A stretch of 63,984 bases of DNA, filler included, from Alcyonidium flabelliforme (GCA_026167845.1; 10 parts of 10 records of this genome joined end to end with filler, not necessarily neighbours in it), one strand, 5' to 3'; shown: positions 20,331 to 34,417, counted from the whole stretch's first letter. Translations and numbers: made by a program. Notes: generated from the letters alone by a model not told the origin.

Positions 20331-21303
20331 TCATTTTTTTGTCATTGGACGACAAATGAAGGCTGCATTCGTTTGAGATGCTACAACTCCCGGATTACAA
20401 TTGATCATGCCAGTTTTGTAGAGGTATACACATTTCGTTCTTTTCCGGATTATGAAAACATCTTTCTCTAGTCGAGAAAGGACATCACCTGAAAAGAGAA
20501 AAGTACAACATTCTTAATATAAGATCACATTAACATCATCATTACGTACAAAGATATTACAAAGTAGAAAATGAATTTCTCCAGTTGCAATGTAATCTGT
20601 ATAGAAGAAACTTACCAATTTCTGATACTTCTTCTCCATTCATAGCTCCTAGCAAACATTCCCGAGGATCATCAACAAAAGCTACAACAGAAAAAAAACA
20701 CAATAAATATGGATATAGGATTTTGAATCTACAACTCACTTCTAGACCAGTTTGATTCATCGAGTTAAGCGTAGCGTATACAAATGATATAAATTATTTG
20801 TTTCTTACTTAGCAAAAGCCCTGTAGAAGGTGAACTCAACAAATGATATAAATTATTTGTTTCTTACTTAGCAAAAGATCTGTAGAAGGTGAACTCAAAT
20901 CAGCATCGGGTGTGCTGGGAGATTTTATCACAGTTTCATCGGCGGGTGTGATTTGTGATTTGATCACTGGAATGTCGACAACCGTTTCAGGTTTGCAAGA
21001 TTCAGTTTCCATAGATTCGGGAATGGAGATGCTTCGTTCAATTGTAGGAATACTGATGATGACATTTGCGGTAAGGTTTGTCATCAAAGGTATAGAAGAT
21101 GACACCCCAGCACGTTTCATATACTCCTCGCATTGGGATAAAGTTAATTGAGTAAAATGTCCATCTGTTCCGAGAACAAAACAATTGGATAGACCTAGCG
21201 ATTCAAAAGATTCATGCGTTTTTTCAAGTAACTGATAAATTGGTTTGTTCGCTATGCTTCCGCAAATTAATGTGAGAACAAATATTATCTTGGTACAGAA
21301 CAT
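20331..21303 (-). CDS. Predicted three-exon secreted protein (~219 aa); exons 21303-20868, 20681-20616, 20488-20331
   Basis: Signal peptide MFCTKIIFVLTLICGSIA; GTAAG donors and pyrimidine-rich AG acceptors, both phase 1; the spliced frame is open to TGA and ends ...CVYLYKTGMINC...AAFICRPMTKK. Confidence 0.6.
20780..20897. repeat. 59-bp tandem duplication spanning the first splice donor
   Basis: 20780-20838 and 20839-20897 are identical except for 2 nt. Confidence 0.85.
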
Positions 21304-22073
21304 GTTTCATGGAATAGTGACGATAGATTAATGAAGTTAACAACTCAGATTCGTTATGTATTATAGCTGAAAAGATATGAATATCAAAGCGTATAGTTTA
21401 GATTTCACTCATCACTCGTCGTCATGCAATAATAACTCTCATATTCATTCTTATGCTGACGACCTAGAAGCTAAATCTTTCCTCTTTCAAAATATAATTT
21501 GAGCAAGAAAATCAATTCATAACTTCTCCAGATATTTCATAATATATATGTAGTCAGCAAATTTATTTTTATTATACAATAAACTGACAATAGTCGGCAA
21601 ATTTATTTTTTTATTATGCAATAAACTGACAATTCTGCGAGATAAATTTTTATCAGAATTTCATGCAATAAAGCAGTTTTATAAAGTTGCTATACCAAAG
21701 GTATTGAGGTTAATTCTATCCTCTATAAAAATGAACATATATCAACAACAAAGATATTGAATGACAGTAATCTAACTATATGTTAGTAGTGAAGACCAGA
21801 ACTTTAATTATTATGGTAGACTTGTGGTAAGAAAAATGGGAGACTTGATCAGAGTTTGTTTTTAGGATGATCATTCCGTTCTAACAATTTGTGCTGTCAA
21901 CACATATATTCTCCAGCAATAGTAATTATTTCAATACATTTTCTTTTTTCCATCAAACTACCTGTATACTCTTNNNNNNNNNNNNNNNNNNNNNNNNNNN
22001 NNNNNNNNNNNNNNNNNTTAATTAATTAANNNNNNNNNNNNNNNNNNNNNNNNNNNNNNNNNNNNNNNNNNNN

Positions 22074-22173
22074 AGTATTCTTTAACTCGATGGAGTTTTA
22101 GTAAGTGTTTTGGCGTATCCTTAAATCTTTCCCTTGATATTATTTTTATATCTTTGGGATGAAGGGGGAGTTT
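22074..22173 (-). rRNA. rrnL: Possible 5' start of the mitochondrial large-subunit rRNA (truncated)
   Basis: Non-coding sequence directly after trnA; called on position only. Confidence 0.3.
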
Positions 22174-22241
22174 AGGTAGTAGGGATGGTAGTTCCCATTA
22201 TTCGAATGCAACCCGAGTGTTTTCCTTTAAACTACACTACC
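22174..22241 (-). tRNA. trnA: mt tRNA-Ala(TGC)
   Basis: Acceptor GGTAGTG/TACTACC; anticodon loop GTTGCAT. Confidence 0.7.
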
Positions 22242-22244
22242 CTC

Positions 22245-23429
22245 TTATGTGTGATTTTTAACCTGTATTGAAAGTGTTTATAGGGCGTTAGCTGTAGGTG
22301 TATTTGCTTTTACTCATAGGGTGTCAGCAGTATGTAGTAGTAAAAATAAAGAAAAATAGACTACCGTAAAGGCCTGTCCTACCCCTTCATAGGGGTTTTC
22401 TACTGGTTTTATCCCAATTCATATTAGGATAATAAAGGAGCAGGTGATTATTCAGAATAGAATTTTTTTAGGTACATTTATTCTTCTTGATCGTATTGTT
22501 GGCTTTAAGTATATAGGGAGGCAGTATAGAATCGCAATTCTTATTACTAGGGCAATGACTCCTCCTAATTTATTAGGGATAGATCGTAGAATGGCATATA
22601 TAGGTAAGAAGTACCATTCAGGCTGGATATGGGTAGGTGTGACTAAGGGGTTAGCTGGAATGAAGTTTTCCGGATCAATTATTGAATTAGGGTAAAATAT
22701 CACGATAAAACCTAATGCAGCTCATATTGTACAAAATCCTAGACTATCTTTAATTGTAAAGTAGGGGTGGAATTTAATCACGTCTCGTGATCTTTCTAGC
22801 CCTAGGGGGTTGTTTGAGCCTTTATGGTGTAGAAATAAGATGTGGATTAATCTTATTACAGCAATAAGTATAGGAAGTAAGAAGTGAAATGCATAAAATC
22901 GTACTAGGGTTGCGTTTCTTACTGAGAATCCTCCTCATAATCATATTACGATTGAATTTCCTCAGTAGGGGATGGCTGATACTAGGTTAGTGATTACTGT
23001 TGCTGCCCAGTAAGATATTTGCCCTCAAGGGAGAACGTACCCTATAAATGCTGTAAGAATTGTTAGAAATAGGAGGGTGACACCGATTAGTCAAGTTTCT
23101 GTTAAGTTATAAGATCTGTAGTATAGCCCTCGGCCTGTGTGGATATACAAGCAGGCAAAAAAGATAGAGGCTCCATTTGCATGAATTCTGCGAATCATTC
23201 ACCCGTAATTTACATCACGTGAGATGTAAATGGCTCTGTCGAAAGCTAGAAGGGTGTCAGAGGCAAAGTATATAGCTAAAAATAACCCGGTTACAATTTG
23301 TGTAACTAAACATAGACCAGCTATTGAACCAAATCTCCACAGAGATGAGATATTTATTGGGCATGCTAACTCTAGTACTGAGTTAATAATAGTTAGAACT
23401 GGGTTAGATTTTCGGATTTGTTTTACCAG
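22245..23429 (-). CDS. cob: Cytochrome b (invertebrate mitochondrial code)
   Basis: [29 protein letters not shown] and [15 protein letters not shown] read as Trp; start codon uncertain. Confidence 0.97.
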
Positions 23430-23430
23430 T

Positions 23431-23489
23431 TAGACTCCGCAAGTGTTACTTGCTTTATTAAGTTAGAAGCTTAATTTTAAATAGAGCCT
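23431..23489 (-). tRNA. trnS1: mt tRNA-Ser(TCT), D-armless
   Basis: Anticodon arm TTAAG CTTCTAA CTTAA. Confidence 0.75.
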
Positions 23490-23492
23490 TAT

Positions 23493-23548
23493 TACGTTGG
23501 GGAAAGTGAATTCCTTGATTAAGTTTACAGCTTAAATATTACCCACGC
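23493..23548 (-). tRNA. trnY: mt tRNA-Tyr(GTA), apparently D-armless
   Basis: Anticodon arm TTAAG CTGTAAA CTTAA. Confidence 0.65.
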
Positions 23549-23554
23549 TGTAAT

Positions 23555-24415
23555 ACAATTATTTTTTATATGCCTATTGTATTAGGCACACTTTCTAGTA
23601 AGCCTACTTTGTTACGACTTACCCTTTCTTATGGAAGGGTTGACGGGCGATGTGTGCACTTTCCAAAATTATTCAGATTTCCGTTTTAAGGAAACCTTAC
23701 TACCAAGTTCTATTTTAAAATTAATTTTTATTAATTTATCCAAAGAATCCTATTGTAGCTCATCTCTTTCCTTCTTATTGGCTGCATCTTGACCTGACTT
23801 TGAGACAATTATCTTTTTACTAACTTTCTTTCTTTATCAAGGCGAATGATTGACGGGGATATACTAACTGTGTTCTAAAGAAGGTGAGGGGTGACGCGGA
23901 TTATCGTTTATAGGACAAGCTCCCCTGGGTGTTGGTCAAGCCGCCAAACTTTTTAGGTTTTAAATTTTGATTTGTAATACCCTGGTGTTTTATTTTACAC
24001 TCAATAGTAGTAGGTTATCTAATCCTAGTTCTATGCTTGAGTTTCGCGGAGTGTATGGAAGTGAAGTTGGTAGTACTTCCATTAATATGATTAAACCCTT
24101 AATGAAAGCTGTCGTTCACTTGATTGCAAAATAGCCGCACAACCTAATAATGAAACTTAAAGTAAACGTGTAACCGCGGGTGCTGGCACGTTCTTATCCA
24201 CTTTTTACACAAGTCTCTGGTTCTAACTGTCGTTGTTTTCCCAATGTTATGCACTGAATGTACGAAGGCTTAAAAGTTTTATAAAAATTTAATACTTTAA
24301 TTTTTTGTTTCAAACATTTCTTTTTTATCGTAGGGGTGATTAGTCTTACATGCGCACAGCTTGTGTAGTTTCATTATAAAATATTAAGCCAAAGTAAAAC
24401 TTGTAAACCGTTATA
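23555..24415 (-). rRNA. rrnS: Mitochondrial 12S rRNA (boundaries approximate)
   Basis: Minus-strand conserved motifs GTGCCAGCACCCGCGGTTA, GCACACATCGCCCGTC and AAGTCGTAACAAAGTAG. Confidence 0.93.
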
Positions 24416-24420
24416 ATGGT

Positions 24421-24487
24421 TAGATCGTTGAAGCATTAGCTTCTAATGACAGATTTCAAATCTTTCATGTTGTTAAACTAACGACCT
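24421..24487 (-). tRNA. trnS2: mt tRNA-Ser(TGA)
   Basis: Acceptor AGGTCGT/ACGATCT; loop TTTGAAA. Confidence 0.6.
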
Positions 24488-24490
24488 TTA

Positions 24491-24559
24491 TTGATCAGAG
24501 GGGTCGGGCCCCATCTTTAAGGTATGAACTTAATAGCTTAAATTTAGCTTACCTAATCT
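24491..24559 (-). tRNA. trnM: mt tRNA-Met(CAT)
   Basis: D arm AGCT/AGCT; anticodon arm TTAAG TTCATAC CTTAA. Confidence 0.8.
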
Positions 24560-24567
24560 ATGTTATA

Positions 24568-24623
24568 TCCTTGTGGAGCTTATTAGCCCTTTTGCTATGT
24601 GTAAGATTGCTATAGTCACAAGG
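24568..24623 (-). tRNA. trnV: mt tRNA-Val(TAC), apparently D-armless
   Basis: Acceptor CCTTGTG/CACAAGG; loop CTTACAC. Confidence 0.6.
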
Positions 24624-24638
24624 CTTTTTTTAGTTGGG

Positions 24639-24702
24639 TAACTAGGGAATAGGCATTCTTATTTAGATTTGCAATCTAACGTTTTTATTAAACTACCTAG
24701 CC
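24639..24702 (-). tRNA. trnC: mt tRNA-Cys(GCA)
   Basis: Anticodon arm TTAGA TTGCAAA TCTAA. Confidence 0.78.
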
Positions 24703-24703
24703 T

Positions 24704-24769
24704 TAGCCTTTGGAAAATGTTTTCCAATTTCAACTTTGAAGGTTGATAGTTTTAATAACTTAAAAGGCT
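24704..24769 (-). tRNA. trnW: mt tRNA-Trp(TCA)
   Basis: Acceptor AGCCTTT/AAAGGCT; anticodon arm TCAAC CTTCAAA GTTGA. Confidence 0.82.
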
Positions 24770-24795
24770 TATTCTTTTAGTTTTATTGTATATGG

Positions 24796-24860
24796 AGTTA
24801 GCACGCTCTTGGGAGCGATCTTCGATTTACAAAACCGTTGCTTTAAAAAGCTTTGTTAAC
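24796..24860 (-). tRNA. trnT: mt tRNA-Thr(TGT)
   Basis: Loop TTTGTAA; T arm CGCTC/GAGCG. Confidence 0.75.
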
Positions 24861-24997
24861 TTTTATTTTTATATGGGAGGTATAGTTGTTGTATAGTTTT
24901 AAAAGACTTAGTTTACTAAGGTTATGTAAACATTTTTATAATTTTAATGTTTCCTATTAGAAATAAGTTTAGGTGTTACGCTGTTAACTTTATGGGG

Positions 24998-26533
<1,536 letters not shown>

Positions 26534-26552
26534 CAGAAATTATGTTTTAGGT

Positions 26553-26620
26553 TATCACTATCTCTGAATTAGATTGAGATTCTTTAAGTTGAAAACTTAA
26601 TGTGTTTACACCTTAGCGAC
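26553..26620 (-). tRNA. trnE: mt tRNA-Glu(TTC)
   Basis: Anticodon arm TTAAG TTTTCAA CTTAA. Confidence 0.72.
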
Positions 26621-26690
26621 TTGGAGGTAAGAGGGGCGCTCTATGTTTTTCTTCACAGGAAAATGATTTTTTTTAATCTATACCTCCTTG

Positions 26691-26753
26691 TAGCACTAAA
26701 AGATTAACTTTCCTTCTAAGATATCAACTTAGCTCACGCTGTGATTTAGTGCT
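26691..26753 (-). tRNA. trnI: mt tRNA-Ile(GAT)
   Basis: Acceptor AGCACTA/TAGTGCT; anticodon arm CTAAG TTGATAT CTTAG. Confidence 0.8.
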
Positions 26754-26885
26754 TTAAGGTGCGGTAAAGAGCAGGAAAGGGGTAGGGCTATGTTGAGTTA
26801 AGTTCTTTATATTTTAAGGGTAGTATTAAAAATTTCTTCCCTTAGATTAAAAATCTAATGCTCCATATGAGCTTTCCTTATAGGG

Positions 26886-28235
26886 TTATAGTACGTATAG
26901 GTATGCTCCTGTTACAGAGATTAAGGAAGGTGCTAAAAATAGTATTAGCACTAGAAGATAATGTTTACGGCACCTATAAAGATGCGAGATTACCCTCGTT
27001 AAAGTGCCTTGTTGTGAAGAAAATAGAAATAGGTTGTAGGTTAAAGATAGGAGTGTAGAAATCCCCCCTAGTAGGGCTAGTCAAAAGCCTATTTTTATAA
27101 TCCTAGTTACGATTAAGATTTCGGAGGCTAGCCTAATAAAAGGGGGGGCTGCTATGTTGCAGGCGATTATAATAAACCACAGGAATCTAATTATAGGTTG
27201 AAGTATATGGAAGCCTTTTTGGAGGAGTAGGTTTCGGGTTCCAGTTCTTTCATAGTTGAAGTTAGCTAGAGCGAATATAGCAGGGGATCTAAGGCCGTGG
27301 ATAATTATTATTATAATGGCCCCAGTAAATCCGACCACTCTTCCTCTTATCAGGCCTATAGTTATTATCCCTATATGAATTACTGATGAGTAGGCAATAA
27401 TGATTTTTATGTCTGTTTGTCGTAAGCAGATTAGCCTTACGGTTACTGTGCTTCAGATTCTGATTGCGATTACGAATTTATTTAGGTCTCTGCCTAAGGT
27501 TAGAGTAGTTATATATATTTTGATAATTCCGTATCCCCCTAGTTTTAACAGAATACCTGCTAGAACTATAGAACCTCTTACTGGGGCTTCTACGTGAGCT
27601 TTAGGTAGCCATAGGTGTAATCCTCATATTGGTACTTTTACTAGAAATGCGAGGGTGCTTCTGATTAGTACAAAGTTTGTGGCAGCCTTTGCGTGAATTA
27701 AACCAAACCCTTCGAATCTAAAATATTGAGATTGGCTTATTCCTATGTACCTTAGAATAAAAATTAGTAGAGGTAAAGAGCCCGATACTGTGTATATTAG
27801 GAAGTAAAACCTGGCCTGTAGACGTTCTGGCTGGTAGCCCCATTTTATAATTAAAATTAGGGTAGGGAATATAGACGCTTCAAAGAAGAGGTAGAAGAAG
27901 ACTATATGGTTTGTGGAAAAAAACATAATTGAGCTGAGAGCTACAGCTAGTACAGAGGAAGTAAATAAGGTAAGACCTTTGGAGTTATTTAAAGAGAAGT
28001 CGGAGCTAGTGAATCTGTATTTATAGCTAGTTAACAGTATAAGGGCTGCAACCCACCCTCTTAACCCTATTATTATTAGGTTTAAGGTTTCTGACAGGTG
28101 GTTTACCCTAAGGAAGCTATACACTAGGAAGTGTTCTTGGTGTATTAAGATAAATGAGATAGGAAGAATAGCCCTTAGAAGGAGAATAAAGTATATGTAT
28201 GTTGTGTTTTTGTTTGCGACTTTATTTATTAGCAT
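26886..28235 (-). CDS. nad4: NADH dehydrogenase subunit 4
   Basis: [10 protein letters not shown] and [12 protein letters not shown]; 450 codons. Confidence 0.95.
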
Positions 28236-28546
28236 AGAGTTGATATTAAGGTGTAGTATATATCTCTGCCTGCATTTCGTGTTATGATAACTAGTAGTGA
28301 GAGGCCTAAGGAAGCCTCACAAGCTGCTATCACGAGTACAAAAAATCTAATGGAGATGGAAAGTTTTATTTGTCTTAAGGTTAAGGTGAGTAGGAGGAAA
28401 ATTCTTAAAGTTACTACTTCTATCCCGAGTAATCTAATTAGAAATTGTTGGCGTATGAAAAATACTCTTATGGAGCCAAATACAATTATTACACCTCCTA
28501 TAGTAAAAAAGTCTAAGCTAATGGTGAGGTGTGTAATTCCTGTCAT
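28229..28546 (-). CDS. nad4L: NADH dehydrogenase subunit 4L
   Basis: AACEASLGLSLLV; 7-nt overlap with nad4. Confidence 0.9.
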   Translation of the reverse strand: MTGITHLTISLDFFTIGGVIIVFGSIRVFFIRQQFLIRLLGIEVVTLRIFLLLTLTLRQIKLSISIRFFVLVIAACEASLGLSLLVIITRNAGRDIYYTLISTLC

Positions 28547-28608
28547 TAAGCACTGCCAGGTTAGGCTCTTTTTGATTCGAAATCAAATGTACGTAATACT
28601 AAGTGCTT
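28547..28608 (-). tRNA. trnR: mt tRNA-Arg(TCG)
   Basis: Anticodon arm TTGA TTTCGAA TCAA. Confidence 0.75.
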
Positions 28609-28613
28609 ATTTT

Positions 28614-30314
28614 TTATCACAGATATAGTGTAATAACGGCTATTATGGCTAGAGTAGATGTTATAAGGTTAACAGGGGCGTTTTGAGTTTTTATAAAGTT
28701 TGAGGTTAAGTACCTTACTGTTTTTAGTGTTCCTACTCCTCTAAGAATTTCCAATCATCTTTTTTCTGCTTTGTTATATAGTTTTGCCAGCTCTGAAATT
28801 GTTGGTAATAAAGAGTTACTAGTAAGATGAGTTAAAAATCATATAGAGGATTGGAAGTGGGCTCTGGGCAGAAAGGTAGAATTTTTTATAAGCGAAAGTC
28901 TAATAAGCCCGTATAAAAGGATTATATGTAAGGCAAAGAGTTTTATTGAAAATGGCAGGCTAAAGTCTAAAAGGTAAGGCGTGAACCATCATCTTATAAT
29001 CGCTCCCCCGGTAATTGCCCCTAGTATAAGGATTATACAGGGGTATGTGGTGTATAACCTTTCGTCTATTTTTGTAGATAGGGGGTAGTGTTTATAAGGG
29101 GATCAAAGGGTTAATAGGGATACACGTATGGTGTAAGCTGCCGTGAGGCAGATAGTTAATGACACAGATAGTCATGTAAATATAGGGAGGGGCGAGTTAA
29201 ATATTACTTCTAGAATTAGGTCTTTAGAGTAGAACCCAGCTGTAAAAGGGATTCCGCAGAGGGCTAGGTTCGCTACGTTTATGCAAGAGGTTGTTGCAGG
29301 TATCTTTTTTCATAGTCCTCCTATGAGTCGTAGATCTTGATTGCCTTGTATTGAATGGATAATAGTTCCGGCACATAAAAATAATAGAGCCTTAAATAAT
29401 GCGTGTGTAATTAGGTGTATAAAAGCGAGAGAGGGTTGTCCTATACCTAAAGTGAGTATTATTACTCCTAGTTGTCTTAAGGTGGATAATGCGATTACTT
29501 TTTTTAAATCGTTCTCGAAATTGGCGGATATGCTTGCTATAGCAGATGTTATAAACCCTACCCAAAATATGTAGGAGTTAAAGAAGGGAAAAGTACTAAG
29601 AGTTGGATAGAACCGGATTAGCAGGTATACCCCTGCTGTTACTAGTGTAGAGGAGTGTACTAAAGATGATACAGGGGTGGGGGCTGCTATAGCAGCCGGT
29701 AGTCAAGCTGAAAAAGGTATTTGGGCTCTTTTAGTTATTGCGGCAAATATAATAGGTACGATTAGCCATATACCTGACTTTATAGTTATGTTAAAGGCTT
29801 GTCTTCACGAGCCTGAGCTAAAAAGTCAGCAGGCGGCTAAGATAAGTAAGGAGTCTCCGATTCGGTTTGTTACGGCTGTTACTATTCCTGCTGATAGTGA
29901 GCTCTCGTTTTGGTAGTAGATTACTAAGAGGTAGGATCTTAGCCCTAAACCGTCTCAGCCTAGCAGAAGGAATATTAGATGGGGGATAAAAATTAGAAGA
30001 TTTATGGATAAGATGAATAGTAAGACTATTGCAATAAAGTAGTTTAGGTTTGGGTCTCCTCTTATATAAGTGACTCTAAAGAGTATTACTCTAAAGGAAA
30101 TTAATAAAACTGTAACCCCGAAGGCTAGGCTTATCTTATCTAGGATTAATATAAATGCCAGGCTGGAGGCTCTCAGTCTAAATAGCTCTCACTCTAGTAG
30201 AGTAGTGTGATTGTTGGCAGACACCCACACTAACCCTGTAATAGAGATAGTTATCAAGACTAAAAGACCCCCCGCACTAAGCTGAGGGGATGTTAATTTA
30301 CCTCAAAATATCAT
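28614..30314 (-). CDS. nad5: NADH dehydrogenase subunit 5
   Basis: [44 protein letters not shown]; 567 codons. Confidence 0.95.
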
Positions 30315-30326
30315 TATTAGCGGGGT

Positions 30327-30369
30327 TTATTTACCTCATCAGTAGATAGAGACAAATAGAAACAGCCAT
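30327..30369 (-). CDS. cox3: Cytochrome c oxidase subunit III, C-terminal fragment
   Basis: WLFLFVSIYWWGK* at the contig edge. Confidence 0.85.
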
Positions 30370-31868
30370 NNNNNNNNNNNNNNNNNNNNNNNNNNNNNNN
30401 NNNNNNNNNNNNNTTAATTAATTAANNNNNNNNNNNNNNNNNNNNNNNNNNNNNNNNNNNNNNNNNNNNACTAACGAAGCGATACGTAGCCTGTGAGCTG
30501 CTGAATTCCCCTAAATATATATCATTGCTAAATGTGAGAACCTGGTTGACTGAGGTTGGGGTACCGTTTAAGTGGGTAGAATGAATTCAAAAATTCCTCA
30601 TGTTTCTGAGTAGGCGATAGCATCAAATTGCTGCGGGCCAACGAGTTTAGATTGTGACTTCAACAGGGGTCGGTAGCTCTCTCCCTCATGTTATATATAT
30701 CCCAAAACCACAATTTGTATTGCAAGACTGCCTACAAAAGTCAGGTATATAACATCGAACTCTTTCCCTCATTCCCCTTCACGATGCATATAGCGTTTCT
30801 AAAAAATATTACAGATGATCGCACTGGGAATCTTCATTCTGGGCGTCCTACTGGTTACCATTCCAGTGGTATGACTCTTTCTTTCGCCGTCCGAGTCCGA
30901 GATATGCTAATAATCCACCAGGCTTCCAGGCCATTAAAGGCAATCATGTTCCCACCAGAGCCGGTAGTACACACTGCCCATATATTACGATATCACGAAG
31001 ACTTGCGCTGACAATTCTCTGCAACACAGACACCTGGCTCGCTACCCACTCACAGCGTGAGGCGAAGCCATCGCCTTTCTAGTGACCCAATCAGTAAGTA
31101 TTATAACCCCTTTTGAAGCGTTCCGTTCACAGTACTTATGTCATGTTACAGTTTCTCTTGATCCAAGCGCGAAACACGGTCGACTCCACCGACATCGCCG
31201 GATGCACGTTAGGCGGAGGTAGCATCGGGGAACTGGACACAGGGTGACGGTTGCAATGTGTCGTAGAAGATGAGCCATTATCCCTCGCTCGATCCCCTGG
31301 TTGGCAGACTCAATAAGAAGAGCGCAAGTTGAGGTCAATATCAATCGGTGGCCATAACCAGCCGATCACAGCCCATAGATAGGTTAGGCCTTTGCATATA
31401 CCGAATAGAGCCTCTCAATACTGAAACTTCCCAAGTTTACTAGAATTATGATCCGCTCCCAATATGGCCGTAGGAAATAAGACAAGTATTACAACCAACT
31501 GAAATTTACTTATCCGCTCCGGACTAGCCTTCCTACTGTCCTCTTTGGGTCGTCGCCTCCAATCTACTTCTGGCCTAGACCAATTCGGGCTGTCGAATAG
31601 GAAAAGGGCGATGAGCAGATTATGTTCGACTAACTACATTAGGCCTGGCGTGACTAGACTTAGAGTTTGAGAAACAATCAAAGAAATAAAAGGGTGACAT
31701 TGGTCTCGATTCTCCCTGTTGTATGTAGTGAGATGTCATACCCCGGCTTCTATATTGAACAGGTTCCATTGCTTTAACCACCGTATTGAGATCGGTATTT
31801 CTTGACGTGCGCCACGGATCCCACTGTGCACCAAAGTGAACTAACTAAGCACGAAACGGTTTGTATTA

Positions 31869-32281
31869 CTACAAGACCATGCGGCGATTATTGTTCAAAT
31901 GATTCGCCAGAGCCTCCCATTTTTGGTCCTGACGAACTGACGCACAGAAGACCGGGATGTCTCTGCCAACTGACTGAGCAGAGGTCGCAGAAATATAGTC
32001 GCGAGGCGTTCGAACAATAGTGGGCTTGGGCCGTGTTTTCTTTCACCAATCAGCACCAAATCACTGAATACTCATATTAATCTTTGTCTTACCATATCTT
32101 CCCTTGAGGGCGGAGGGGTATCTGGATGGGAGTGGTATGTAAAGATCTGACCATCAGGCAGTTCCATGATGAGCCAGCTTTTCATCCCATACAGAAGCCA
32201 AAATTCATTGTGGCGTCGTAGTAGATTGTTGCGACGCTTACGGAGTTGCTCTCGCTTGACACGGCTTAGGGGAGGCGCCAT
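31869..32281 (-). CDS. Small fungal MADS-box/SRF-like protein, 2 exons (intron 32092-32040)
   Basis: REQLRKRRNNLLRRHNEFWLLYGMKSWLIMELPDGQIFTY resembles divergent fungal MADS domains; the GTAAGA...CTGAT...AG intron keeps the frame open. Confidence 0.55.
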
Positions 32282-32842
32282 TGTCCACTAATTTGCTGCA
32301 AGGGAACTAGTAGTTTGCCTTGGCCGGTGGATGCACTTATTTATGTCGGACATCTGCGATGGCCTAATCGTCCAATCTATTACTTCAACGATGGTCACCA
32401 TTTGCAGGAACTTTGAACGATGTTTACTGCTACGACTTATATTGCGGTCTAGCGAATAAAAATATGCGGCTGGGTATTGACGTGCAGAATTGACATTTTC
32501 CAAGGCCAGCACCAGACATAACTAACTGTTATAATAGTCTATGAGCCTTTTATATTGCCACAATCCCTAGCCTTGGAAACTTGGAATTATATCGGCGATT
32601 CCCAGAGACCCAATATATTGGACAGTCCACCTTATTTTATTGACACGCTCTGGTCTTCCCGTGCTTGATCAATGCATATTCAGTCTGTAAAGCAGCTTGC
32701 CATGGAAAGTCATAGCTATCGCTCAGCAGTCGTATGTATCATACATGCCTCTTTCCAGATTTTTCTCATACATTCCCAGCCTTCAGAGACGATATATTGC
32801 CTTTGAACACCATCGCTGACAATTATTGACTTACAGCCGACG

Positions 32843-33832
32843 TTGGCTTCACTAAAGCCAACGTACACTCAAGCTATTGGTTTTAGGACAAGCCAGGCAC
32901 TACATGATGAGGGATCAAGGCTTGGCGTCACACCAGTCTCGAAGCAATTCCCTTTGTCAGCCTTGAATCGACCATCATACTGTGATTTGCTATTACACTC
33001 CAGTTCTCCAGTCAGCGCCCCTGGTGATGAGCCTACGACGGAACCCAAGCACAGTGGAGCAATTACCGAAAAAGACTCAATAACCGGTGCCATAAGAGGA
33101 TCATATACCAGCACCGGTTCTGATGACCATAGTCTCTTTCCGATTGAGAATTCAAAGAATAACACTACCGACTTGCTTCAGAACGTGACCACAAGAGCCA
33201 CCTTTTCGCCGTTTGCATTCAATCGTACCTCTCAAGTATGGGCTAGTTTGGAAACACCGCACTCTGAGGACTCGTCGGGACCTTTCGTGGAGTCCCTGTA
33301 TCATTCGACTAGCCAAATACATACCGAAGCTTCCGAGATCAGAGAAACCGGACAGAGCAGGGTGCTCAAAAGCGACGGAGCTTCTGGCACAGAGTGGTCT
33401 GACGCTGCTAGTCGTATCACTGGGACGACTGGGCATCACTTATCTCTGACTCCTAACGATGGAAGCCAAACCTTGTCGAGGACGTTGACAGGAACGGCGG
33501 CTACCTCTCAAACTAATTCGTCGATTTCTGGACCAACATCAGCCACAAAAACCTCAGATCATGAATGGCACGATACAGCAATCTATGGTAGTAATCTATC
33601 GGCAAGGCTTTCAAAGCAGGGCACATTACTTATACTCAGCAGCGTTTTTGGAGGCAGTGTTGCTTTGATTGGGGTCTTTATTATACACTGCTTTATCCTC
33701 CGTTATCTCCATAGGCATGCCGTGGGTTCGACCTCTCTTCTTCCCTCGCAACGAGTGGTAGGTTCCCCGGAAAAAAGAGCGAAAGTCATACCTAGGACAG
33801 CTGAATTCTCGCATTTTTCAAATGATACTTGA
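32843..33832 (+). CDS. Ser/Thr-rich protein with C-terminal transmembrane helix (fungal cell-surface type); true start uncertain
   Basis: 329-aa ORF, S/T-rich, ending LLILSSVFGGSVALIGVFIIHCFIL plus a basic tail. Confidence 0.45.
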   Translation: MASLKPTYTQAIGFRTSQALHDEGSRLGVTPVSKQFPLSALNRPSYCDLLLHSSSPVSAPGDEPTTEPKHSGAITEKDSITGAIRGSYTSTGSDDHSLFPIENSKNNTTDLLQNVTTRATFSPFAFNRTSQVWASLETPHSEDSSGPFVESLYHSTSQIHTEASEIRETGQSRVLKSDGASGTEWSDAASRITGTTGHHLSLTPNDGSQTLSRTLTGTAATSQTNSSISGPTSATKTSDHEWHDTAIYGSNLSARLSKQGTLLILSSVFGGSVALIGVFIIHCFILRYLHRHAVGSTSLLPSQRVVGSPEKRAKVIPRTAEFSHFSNDT

Positions 33833-34417
33833 GTTGACACCTCATTCATAAAATACCTCGCAATATTTATCTGGGATTAATCTTGATAGATCAGGCCGAT
33901 GCTCCATTTCAAGACCACCTATTTCTCCAACTAGACTCTGGGACACATTTTAATGTTAATATTCTAGGTTCAGTGTATATGAGATGGAAGTCAATCTAAG
34001 CCTAAGAGTGGTTCCCATTCAGGACTCAGCGATAGTGAAGGTGGTGAAGGTGGTGAAGGTGGTAAGGTGGTAAGGTGGTAAAAATGATCACGGTGAAATC
34101 AACCTCAGCACAGTCGTGCTTTGAACATGTACGCTACGCCTTCTAATGCGGAGTCGACCTGGTATGGACATGGCCATTCTCATAATGAGGCTTCACCGTC
34201 TCCAGCCTCCAATTCTGCTTCCTGCCAGCATAATCCTTATCCCGTTGATGCCGACAGCGATACAAATGGCCTAGCCTCAAAGATCGACAACGGTGACCGC
34301 GGTCGCATTATGGTGTACTGGCAAACTCGTAGCGCCGTTCCAGTTATTATAGAATACTTGATCTCTATTTAATATTGCTAGTCCCGCGCAGTAAGTCCAG
34401 GACAGCTACCGTACGTC

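Noticed and set aside
24862..24997. atp8 in the gap between cox1 and trnT
   Set aside because: No MPQ-type start or suitable open frame was found; treated as non-coding.
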